A DNA stretch of 64,000 bases, from positions 160,001 through 224,000 of the forward strand of contig CAVXGR010000017.1 in NCBI GenBank assembly GCA_963761335.1, given 5' to 3'. Positions 22,621-30,599 of this stretch are shown here, piece after piece. Under the pieces are notes generated by a model, which worked only from the letters and a program-made list of their open reading frames with translations, was not told where the DNA came from and did no database searches. The translations under genes and the position numbers were made by a program. The DNA comes from an uncultured delta proteobacterium (GTDB lineage: Bacteria > Desulfobacterota > Binatia > HRBIN30 > BPIQ01). Within the stretch, counting starts at the first letter, position 1. Every line of letters starts with the position of its first letter.

Positions 22621-23660
22621 ACCACTGCGCCCCGCAGGCGGAAATCGGGGACGATCTGCAGGGCCGAGCTGTGCTCGATGACCGGCAGGTCGGCGGCGAT
22701 CTCACCGCTCAGATTGGTGCGCCACGTGAAGTTGAATCCGGGTCCGACGTAGAGCGAGGTGATGGCGGTGTCGTCCTGGCGAGCTCCCGCCTGGACGTCC
22801 TTGCCCTTGGTCTCGCCGGAGACGACCGCCTGGAAGCCGAGGCTGTGATCGTGACCGAGGAGCAGATACGCCCCGGGGCCACCACTCCAGACCAGATCGT
22901 CGGCGTAGCGGTACTCGAAGTCGCCGGTGGTGCGCGCCGTGTACTGCAGGACGCCGGTGAAGAAGGTGCGGCGGTAGTTGGCGAAGAGCTGGCCGCCGAA
23001 GATGTAGTCGACGGAGCCGCTGCCGAGCGCCAGATCATGTCCGTGAATGCCGCTCTGCAGATGTGCCTCGTCGGCGTGTTGTAGCTGGAACCCGGAGCTC
23101 CCGAGCAGGTCGTGGGCCACGACGTCTTCGGCGTGATCGCCGCCGCCGCCCTGCGGCGCGGTGAGCTCCTCCGCCAGGCGGTGCGAGTCGCCGCTCGGCA
23201 GCTTCAGGCCCCCGAGCAGAGAGAAGCGCACCAGGCTGTGCTCATCGACCCGGCTGTAGGCGAGCGCGTTGGCGAGCAGCGACAGGTCGCCGAAGCCGGT
23301 CTCGTCGCTGTTGACCACGCCGATGCTCTCCACGCGGCGGAACGAGCGCGAGATGAACGGCAGGTTCAGCTGCAGCCCGACCTTCGGATTGATCTGGTAG
23401 CCGAGGACGACCTGGGTGATCGAGCTCTCCAGCCTCTCGTGATTGGGGTTGGCCACCTCCTCGCCGTTCTCCTGGAGGGTGGTGTAGCGGGTGAGCTGCT
23501 CGGAGACCCCGAGGCGAATGCCACTGCGGCTCTCGCGCATCTCGGTTGCCGTGTACACGGCGCAGATGTCGCACGCCGGCGCGCGGACCGGTAGGCCCAG
23601 GAGACAGAGAGATGCGGACAGCCAGACGGCCGTCGACAGAGGGATGCGGACGTCGATCAT
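22608..23660 (-). CDS. Outer-membrane beta-barrel transporter-like protein with N-terminal CxxC and His-rich loop
   Basis: Signal peptide then CDIC; GFGDLSL, GLKLPSG, LGSGSVD; C-terminal WRF. Confidence 0.72.
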   Translation of the reverse strand: MIDVRIPLSTAVWLSASLCLLGLPVRAPACDICAVYTATEMRESRSGIRLGVSEQLTRYTTLQENGEEVANPNHERLESSITQVVLGYQINPKVGLQLNLPFISRSFRRVESIGVVNSDETGFGDLSLLANALAYSRVDEHSLVRFSLLGGLKLPSGDSHRLAEELTAPQGGGGDHAEDVVAHDLLGSSGFQLQHADEAHLQSGIHGHDLALGSGSVDYIFGGQLFANYRRTFFTGVLQYTARTTGDFEYRYADDLVWSGGPGAYLLLGHDHSLGFQAVVSGETKGKDVQAGARQDDTAITSLYVGPGFNFTWRTNLSGEIAADLPVIEHSSALQIVPDFRLRGAVVWRF

Positions 23661-23696
23661 TTCTCGACAAGTAGCGGATCGGCGCCCGCAGCTGAA

Positions 23697-23713
23697 TGCG
23701 GCCAATTGTCGCA
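23697..23713. promoter_or_regulatory. Candidate RegA/PrrA-type binding site
   Basis: TGCGGC-CAATT-GTCGCA, 37 nt upstream of the beta-barrel start; 16/17 identical to 18815-18831. Confidence 0.65.
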
Positions 23714-23721
23714 GCGCGAAA

Positions 23722-23773
23722 AGTAGAAGCGCCGTCCCGGCGCTTCCGGAAGCGGCGAGACGCCGCTTCTACT
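23722..23773. repeat. GTAG-type REP doublet
   Basis: AGTAGAAGCGCCGTCCCGGCGCTTCCGGAAGCGGCGAGACGCCGCTTCTACT. Confidence 0.75.
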
Positions 23774-23795
23774 GGGCACGGGGAGAAGAGGATGC

Positions 23796-24350
23796 CTAAT
23801 CGCTCGGTGGATATTTCTGCAGCTTGCGCTGCAGCGAGCGACGGTGGATGCCGAGGCGGCGCGCCGCTTCGGAGATGTTGCCGCCGCAGTCGGAGACGAC
23901 GCGGTTGATGTGCTCCCACTCGGCGCGCGCCAGCGACGGTGCCGTGTAGGGCGTCTCGGGCGGTTGCAGCGGCGGCGCCTCGCCGCGCGCGAAGGCGGCG
24001 AGAATGTCGTCGGCATCGGCCGGCTTCTGCACGTAGTAGGTGGCGCCGACGCGCAACGCCTCGATGGCGGTGGCGATGCTGCCGTAGCCGGTGAGGACGA
24101 CGATGCGGCTGTCGGGCTCGAGGCTCCGCAGATCCCGCACCAGCTCGAGACCGGAGCGCCCCGGCATGCGCAGGTCGACGATGGCCATCTCCGGCGGGTC
24201 GCCGGTGGCACTGCTCATCGCCTCGTCGTAGTTGCCGGCAGTGCGCACCTCGTAGCCGCGCTGTCTCAGGGCGCGCGCCAGGCGCTCCCGCAAGGCGTAG
24301 TCGTCGTCTACCACGAGGATGCACGGTGCCGCTGTGGCCGTCGCCGGCAT
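23796..24350 (-). CDS. regA: RegA/PrrA/ActR-family response regulator
   Basis: Receiver domain with LTGYGSIATA; EWEHINRV..GNISEAARRLGIHRRSLQRKL HTH. Confidence 0.9.
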   Translation of the reverse strand: MPATATAAPCILVVDDDYALRERLARALRQRGYEVRTAGNYDEAMSSATGDPPEMAIVDLRMPGRSGLELVRDLRSLEPDSRIVVLTGYGSIATAIEALRVGATYYVQKPADADDILAAFARGEAPPLQPPETPYTAPSLARAEWEHINRVVSDCGGNISEAARRLGIHRRSLQRKLQKYPPSD

Positions 24351-25716
24351 CAGCTCCTCCGCGTTCCCGCGCTGCGCAGAGCCGGCGCGCGGAGGGCCGC
24401 ATCGAGGCTCGCGAGATGCGGCGCGCTCTCGTCCGCCGCGGCCTCGGACGGGTGCTCCGCTGGCATCGGCAGGACGACGCGGGCGCAGGTGCCGCGGCCC
24501 TCGCTCGAGTCGAGCTCGAGACTTCCCCCGAGGCGCTCGACGACGGCGCGCGCCAGGAACAAGCCGAGACCCATGCCCTTGCCCGGAGCCTTGGTGGTGT
24601 AGAAGGGCTCGCCGGCGCGCGCCAGCACTTCGCGGCTCATGCCGCCGCCGCTATCGCGCACCTCGATCGAGCAGCGCGAATCGCCGGTGCGGGCGGTGAT
24701 GCGCACCGCAGCGGACACGGGCGTGGCGTCGAGCGCGTTCCGAATGAGCGCCCGCAGCGCCTGCGCCAGGGCGCGCGGCGGCACCCGCAGCACGGTGCGC
24801 TCCGCCGCCGTCAGGTCGACGGCGACGCGTTCGGCGTCGGCAAGGCCGCGCCGGGCGCTCTCCAGGATCTCCGCGATGCGCACCGTTGTGGTCGACTCTC
24901 CGGCGCTCTCGCCGGCGTCGGCGGCCATCTGCGTGAGGATGTCGCGGCAGCGCTCCACCTGCTCGCGGATCAGGCGCGCGTCGGCGACCGGCTCCTCGCC
25001 GGCGTCGCTGTGCGCCAGCTGGTGCTCGAGCTCCTTTGCCACCACCGCGATCGTCGAGAGCGGCGTCGACAGCTGGTGCGCGGCGCCGGCTGCGAGGGTC
25101 GCCAGCGAGGCCAGCTTCTCGTGGCGCGCCGTCGCCAGTCGCGCCGCCTCCAGCTCGGCCTCTCGCGCCGCCAGGGCGCGGGTGACGCGCTGGACGAAGT
25201 AGACGATGAAGACGGCGGCGAGCCCGAAGGCGATCCACATTCCCTCGACGTGGCGATTCATCTCCGCCGGGCCGTGCACCATGATGCGGCGGGATCGGGG
25301 CCGCTCCACATGGCGATGAGGAACAGCGACCCGAAGCAGGCGAAGCCGAAGCCGGCGAGAAACCACGTCCAGCCGGCGCTGAGAATCACCGCGGCGAGGG
25401 CGATGTTGACGAGGTAGACGGAGCTGAAGGGGTTGAATGGGCCGCCGGTGTAGTGCAGCAGCGCCGTCAGCAGCACGAAGTCGAGCGTCATCAGGCAGCC
25501 GATCATCCACTCGCGCACCGGCGGCTGCCGGCGCATCCACACGGCGCCGGCGGCATTGCTTGCCAGACCGATGGCGACGATGGTCAGCAGCGGCGGCAGC
25601 GGCAGGTGCACGCCGAGGAGGGAGTCGGCGACGGCGATGACGCCGACCTGCCCGGCGAGAGCGCCCCAGCGCAGCCGCAGCAGCCAGGAGAAATTGATCG
25701 ACTGGGCTTCCTGCAT
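24350..25716 (-). pseudogene. regB: RegB/PrrB-family sensor kinase, frameshifted near 25285
   Basis: WLLRLRW and GGPFNPF in one frame (stop at 25258); GMWIAF, AAGAAHQLSTPL, RCRDIL, GMGLGLF in another frame. Confidence 0.8.
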
Positions 25717-25925
25717 TTCGCTGCGCAGCTTACTTACGCGATCCGGGTGCGGCGAACAACAGCGACGGCGGGGAGCCTTTGGCGAACCATGAGAGTGGGC
25801 GGTGTCCGGCCCCCCGAGAGAGCGCCCGCCGCCCCCGTGCATTTGACCCCGCCGGGCGCCTCGTACAATACATGTTGAACTTCAGTCCTGAGGGGCAATA
25901 TGTCGATGATAAAGGAGATTCAGTA

Positions 25926-26885
25926 GTGCTGCGTGTGCGGGAGCGGGCCCTGTGGGCAGTTGCCGCGGGCGCCCTCGCGGTTACCGCATACACTCTCGGC
26001 GCGGCTCGGGAAGGGGCGCCGTCACCGCCGGTATCGGCCCCGGTGACGGCAGCGCCGCTGCCCGGCTCGATCCGGGTCACCATGGCCGAGCTGCATCGCA
26101 GCGGCGGGTTGCCCAGCGGATGGAGCTTCAACCCCGCCGGTAACGCCGCTGCCGGGCGCCAGGCCTTCGAGGACTATGGCTGCTACACCTGCCACGCGGT
26201 GGAAGGCGCCGGCCTGCCGCAGAAGCCGGACGAGGGCCCCACCGCCGGTCCCGACCTCACCGGCATGGGCGCCCATCACCCCGCCGAGTACTTCGTCGAA
26301 TCGATCCTCAACCCCGACGCCATCCTCGTGGAAGGGCCGAGCTACATCGGCGCCGACGGCCACTCGGCGATGCCGAGCTATCCGGACATGACCGCCCGGG
26401 ACCTGCGCGACATCGTCGCCTTTCTGATGAGTCTCAAGGGCGCCGAAGCGCAGCCGCATGTGCACGTCGCCGGCAGCGGCACGCAGCTGATGCCGGATCG
26501 CATCATCGTGGATCCCGGCGAGCTCCCCTACGTGCCGCCACCGCCGCCGCGCCGCGCCAAGACATTCCTGGCGCGCAGCTACAGCATGCGCGACGGCATG
26601 CTGCCGGCGTATCGCCAATGGTTCGCCCGCGACGGCGCCCGCGCTCTGCTGGCATCGCCGGGCCTGCTGAGCGTCGACACCTTCGTCAACGGCACCTGCC
26701 ACGAGGCGCCGATGGTCACCGTGTTCGGCTTCGCCGATCAGGCGGCACTGGATCGCTTTCTCGGCGATCCGCAGCAGGTCGAGATCGCCAATCGCATGGC
26801 CGAGTTCATCTCGCCGCGCAACGACCGCTTTCGCGATTGGCCGCCGTTCTATCGCGTCGACGACCTCTCGGTGCGCGCCCCCTGA
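25926..26885 (+). CDS. Mono-heme cytochrome c with C-terminal dimeric alpha-beta-barrel-like domain
   Basis: CYTCH, GPDLTGMG, MPSY; SD AAAGGAG before GTG 25926; paralog at 45429. Confidence 0.75.
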   Translation: MLRVRERALWAVAAGALAVTAYTLGAAREGAPSPPVSAPVTAAPLPGSIRVTMAELHRSGGLPSGWSFNPAGNAAAGRQAFEDYGCYTCHAVEGAGLPQKPDEGPTAGPDLTGMGAHHPAEYFVESILNPDAILVEGPSYIGADGHSAMPSYPDMTARDLRDIVAFLMSLKGAEAQPHVHVAGSGTQLMPDRIIVDPGELPYVPPPPPRRAKTFLARSYSMRDGMLPAYRQWFARDGARALLASPGLLSVDTFVNGTCHEAPMVTVFGFADQAALDRFLGDPQQVEIANRMAEFISPRNDRFRDWPPFYRVDDLSVRAP

Positions 26886-26981
26886 GGGGCGCATCCGCGG
26901 CGCCGGCGGCGGTTGTGTTTCGGCGCATTTCGGGTTTTACCCTCTCGTTCACCACCAACCTTCCGCAGATCGGAGTCGACC

Positions 26982-28628
26982 ATGGGATTCAATCTGGCTG
27001 AGATCAACGAGGAGCTGGCAGCGGCCATTCCCGAGCGCGACTGCATCGTCTTTCGCGACCGCCGCTTCACCTGGGCGCAATTCTGCGAGCGCACCCGCCG
27101 CCTCGGCAACTTTCTCCTCTCCCGCCGCCTCGGCCGCCATCAGGATCGCCGCCAGCTGCAGAACTTCGAGTCGGGACAGGATCACCTCGGCATCTACCTG
27201 TACAACGGCAACGAGTACCTGGAGGCGATGGTCGGCAGCTTCAAGGCCCGCGTGGCTCCCTTCAACGTCAACTACCGCTATATCGAGGACGAGCTGATCT
27301 ACCTGCTCAACGACGCCGACTGCCGGGCGCTCGTCTACCACGCGCGCTTTGCGCCGATGCTGCAGAAGATCCGCGCCGCTCTCCCGCACCTCGAGGTGCT
27401 GCTGCAGGTGGCGGACGAGTCCGGCAATCAGCTGTTGCCCGGAGCCGTCGACTACGAGGAGGCGCTGCGGCAGTCGTCCGCGGAGCGGCCGGCGGCGGAG
27501 TGGTCGCCGGACGACCTGTACATTCTCTACACCGGCGGTACCACCGGCATGCCCAAGGGCGTGCTCTGGCGGCAGGAGGACATCTACTTCGGCGCCCTCG
27601 GGGGCAACCCTCCCGGCGGCACCAAGCACGAGTCCATGGAGAGCATCATCGAGGGCGCCCGCAGCGGCAGCCTGCGCTCGCTGCCGGCGCCGCCGTTCAT
27701 GCACGGCGCCGCCCACTGGATGGCGTTCAATACCCTGCACGCCGGCGGCACCGTCGTCGTGCAGAACCACCCGGGGCGTCTCGATGCCGATGACATCTGG
27801 TCGACCATCGAGCGCGAGCACGTCTCCTTTCTCACCATCGTCGGCGACGCCTTCGGCAGGCCGCTGCTCGATCAGCTGGACCAGAAGTCATACGACTTGT
27901 CGAACCTGCGCATCCTGCTCTCCGGCGGCGCCATCCTCACGCCGGCGCTGAAGGCGGCGTTCGTCGAGAAGGTCCCGCACCTGATGATCATCGACGGCTT
28001 CGGCGCCTCGGAGACCGGTGGCCACGGCCAGCAGATCACCCTGAAGGGCATGCAGGCGAGCACCGGCACCTTCCGCATGAACGAGGAGACGCTCGTCCTC
28101 CGACACGACCTCTCGGCGCCGCTGGCTCCGGGCAGCGAAGAGAGCGGCTGGCTGGCCCGCTGCGGCCATGTGCCTCTCGGCTACTTCAAGGACGCCGAGA
28201 AGACCGCGAAGACCTTCCCGGTCATCGACGGGGTGCGCTACGCCGTCCCCGGAGATCATGCGCGGCTGGCGGAGGACGGCACCATCGTCGTGCTCGGACG
28301 CGGCTCGGTGAGCATCAATTCGGGCGGCGAGAAGATCTATCCCGAGGAGGTGGAGAAGGCGCTCAAGCACCACCCCTCGGTCTACGACGCCGTCGTCGTT
28401 GGCACGCCCAACCCGCGCTTCGGGCAGCAGGTGACCGCGGTGGTGCAGGCGCGCGCCGGCGAGGTGCCCAGCAAGGAGGAGCTCGTCGAGTTCACCGCCC
28501 AGCACCTTGCCCGCTACAAGCTGCCGAAGGCGGTGATCTTCGTCGACGAGATGGTGCGCAGCCCCAGCGGCAAAGCCGATTACCGCTGGGCCAAGAAGAA
28601 GGCGTACGAGGCGCTCGGCATCGAGTAA
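26982..28628 (+). CDS. Acyl-CoA synthetase (FadD19-like)
   Basis: YTGGTTGMPKG, GFGASETG, INSGGEKIYPEEVE, RSPSGK. Confidence 0.92.
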   Translation: MGFNLAEINEELAAAIPERDCIVFRDRRFTWAQFCERTRRLGNFLLSRRLGRHQDRRQLQNFESGQDHLGIYLYNGNEYLEAMVGSFKARVAPFNVNYRYIEDELIYLLNDADCRALVYHARFAPMLQKIRAALPHLEVLLQVADESGNQLLPGAVDYEEALRQSSAERPAAEWSPDDLYILYTGGTTGMPKGVLWRQEDIYFGALGGNPPGGTKHESMESIIEGARSGSLRSLPAPPFMHGAAHWMAFNTLHAGGTVVVQNHPGRLDADDIWSTIEREHVSFLTIVGDAFGRPLLDQLDQKSYDLSNLRILLSGGAILTPALKAAFVEKVPHLMIIDGFGASETGGHGQQITLKGMQASTGTFRMNEETLVLRHDLSAPLAPGSEESGWLARCGHVPLGYFKDAEKTAKTFPVIDGVRYAVPGDHARLAEDGTIVVLGRGSVSINSGGEKIYPEEVEKALKHHPSVYDAVVVGTPNPRFGQQVTAVVQARAGEVPSKEELVEFTAQHLARYKLPKAVIFVDEMVRSPSGKADYRWAKKKAYEALGIE

Positions 28629-28741
28629 CCGCCAAGGCCGCCAAGAGAGAACCGCCAAGGGCGCCAAGAGAGAACCGCCAAGAGCGCCAAGAGAGAACCG
28701 CCAAGGGCGCCAAGAGAGAACCGCCGAGAGCGCCAAGAAGA
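28627..28741 (+). repeat. Five tandem 23-nt units AACCGCCAAG(G/A)GCGCCAAGAGAG
   Basis: Units start at 28627, 28650, 28673, 28696, 28719; followed by a purine-rich tract. Confidence 0.9.
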
Positions 28742-28823
28742 TAAGAAAGAGAGAACGCCGAGAAAAGAGAAAGAGAAGAAGAGACTCCACAAGAGACGAC
28801 GGAACGAAAGGAGAGGTTTAGGG

Positions 28824-29237
28824 ATGAACCGGATTCAGAAAGGACGAGTTTGCGTCGAGCCAGAGGCCGATCTGGATGCGCTGTCGCATGAAGTGATCGG
28901 AGCTGCGTTGGAAGTGCATCGGCAGCTGGGTCCGGGATTCCTCGAAAAGATCTACGAGCGATCCCTCGCTCTCGAGCTGTCGATTCGCGGGCTCGATTTC
29001 CAGCAACAGGTGCCGATCAAGTTGCACTACAAGGGGTCGCTAGTGGGCACGGCGCGTCTGGATCTGGTGATATCGCGGCGGCTGGTGGTCGAGCTCAAGG
29101 CGGTCGATGACCTCCACCCGATTCACTTGGCGCAGATGATCTCGTATCTGAAAGCCACCGGCTACCACCCGGGCCTGCTCATCAACTTCAATGTCGACAG
29201 GCTGAAGGACGGCATCCGCCGAATCGTCTTTTCCTGA
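28824..29237 (+). CDS. GxxExxY protein (PD-(D/E)XK nuclease-like)
   Basis: EVHRQLGPGFLEKIYE, LDLVI..VVELKAV, AQMISYLK..GLLINF. Confidence 0.92.
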   Translation: MNRIQKGRVCVEPEADLDALSHEVIGAALEVHRQLGPGFLEKIYERSLALELSIRGLDFQQQVPIKLHYKGSLVGTARLDLVISRRLVVELKAVDDLHPIHLAQMISYLKATGYHPGLLINFNVDRLKDGIRRIVFS

Positions 29238-29335
29238 CCTTTCTCAGGGCCTCTCGTTCTTCTCTTCCCTCGGCGTCCTTTCTTCTTTCTCTCTTTGCAC
29301 CTTGGCGGTTCTCTTTCTGGCGCCCCTTGGCGGTT
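29238..29335 (-). repeat. Pyrimidine-rich inverted counterpart of the 28627 array
   Basis: CTTGGCGGTTCTCT..GGCGCCCCTTGGCGGTT is the reverse complement of the upstream unit. Confidence 0.8.
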
Positions 29336-29386
29336 CGTTTCCATGTCCGCTTGCCTGGCGCTCCCACTCGTGCCATCGACGGCATC

Positions 29387-30229
29387 ATGAAGATCGGCGT
29401 TCCTCTCTTTCTCCTGCGGCCCGAGTCGATGGCGTCGGTGGCGCGGCGCGCTGAGGAGCTCGGCTTCGAGTCCGTGTGGCTGCCCGAGCACCTCGTCTTT
29501 CCGGCGGTGATCTCCAGTCGCTACCCCTATACCGCTGATGGGACGCCGCCCATCAACCCGGCGACGCCGCTGCTCGATCCGCTCGTGATGCTGGCGCAGG
29601 TGGCGGCGCTGACCTCGCGCATTCGCCTGGGCACCAATATCTACCTGGTGCCGCTGCGCCATCCGCTGCAGACGGCGCGCATGGCAATGACGCTCGATCT
29701 GATCTCCGGCGGCCGGCTGACCCTCGGCGTGGGTGCCGGCTGGCTGCGCGAGGAGTTCGAGGCGGCGGGGATCGATTTCGAGAGCCGCGGTGGCCGCACC
29801 CGCGAGTGCGTGCGCGCCATTCGCGCCCTGTGGACGGAGCCGGAGCCGCAGTTCCACGGGCGCTACTTCGACTTCGGGCCGCTGCGCTTCGAGCCCAAGC
29901 CGGTGCAGAAGCCGCATCCGCCGATCGTCTTCGGCGGCGAGACCGAGGCGGGCCTGCGCCGCGCCGCCGCACTCGGCGACGGCTGGTACGGTGTCGGCCA
30001 CACGCCGGAGACGGCAGAGGCGCAGGTGCGCAAGCTGCGCCAGCACCTCGCCGAGGCCGGACGGGAAGACGCTCCGTTCGAGATTACCCTCAGCCCCAAG
30101 GCCGAGGTCGACCGCGAGCAGATCCGCCGCTTCGAAGAAGCCGGCGTCCACCGCGTCGTCATTCTGCCGTGGAGACGCTCGCGCGAAGCGGAGGAGGGCT
30201 TGGTGCGCCTGGCCGCAGCGGTGTTGTGA
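29387..30229 (+). CDS. LLM-class F420-dependent oxidoreductase (Rv2161c-like)
   Basis: SVWLPEHLVFP, RIRLGTNI, GVGAGWLREEF, PKPVQKPHPP. Confidence 0.88.
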   Translation: MKIGVPLFLLRPESMASVARRAEELGFESVWLPEHLVFPAVISSRYPYTADGTPPINPATPLLDPLVMLAQVAALTSRIRLGTNIYLVPLRHPLQTARMAMTLDLISGGRLTLGVGAGWLREEFEAAGIDFESRGGRTRECVRAIRALWTEPEPQFHGRYFDFGPLRFEPKPVQKPHPPIVFGGETEAGLRRAAALGDGWYGVGHTPETAEAQVRKLRQHLAEAGREDAPFEITLSPKAEVDREQIRRFEEAGVHRVVILPWRRSREAEEGLVRLAAAVL

Positions 30230-30297
30230 GAGGATGGGGGTTTGCGGGTTGTCGGGTTCGCGGGTTTATCGGGAGGGCGAGCTAGCAAGGAACCCGG

Positions 30298-30549
30298 TTC
30301 TCATTCTCATTCCCGGTTCTCATCCCGTCGTTTTCCATTCGCTCTGACGGTCGCGAGTACTGACGCCAAACGCGTTGGGCATGGTAGCCGGGGGTTTCAA
30401 ACGGTTTCAAACCCCCGGCCACCATCAGGGCGCGGAAAGGGAGAGGCAAGGGGACAGAGTGGCATTGGATTGGAGCTGACCAATCTTCTGACGCGGCTCG
30501 CAGAACAATGGAAAACGACGGGATGAGAACCGGGAATGAGAATGGAGAA
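30298..30549. repeat. MITE-like element with about 40-bp terminal inverted repeats
   Basis: CATTCTCATTCCCGGTTCTCATCCCGTCGTTTTCCATT ... AATGGAAAACGACGGGATGAGAACCGGGAATGAGAATG; second copy at 41911. Confidence 0.8.
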
Positions 30550-30599
30550 TGGCGGTCTCTTGGGAGCCTTGCCCTCCCGGATGGCGTCGCCCTCGCCGC

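Noticed and set aside
17980..23660. Methanobactin biosynthetic cluster
   Set aside because: No mbnA precursor, mbnB/mbnC or TonB-dependent receptor seen
25843..25869. Sigma70 promoter TTGACC...TACAAT for the cytochrome c gene
   Set aside because: Spacer is only 15 nt; plausible but not supportable from sequence alone
28627..28741. Mini CRISPR array
   Set aside because: 23-nt units are directly adjacent with no spacers
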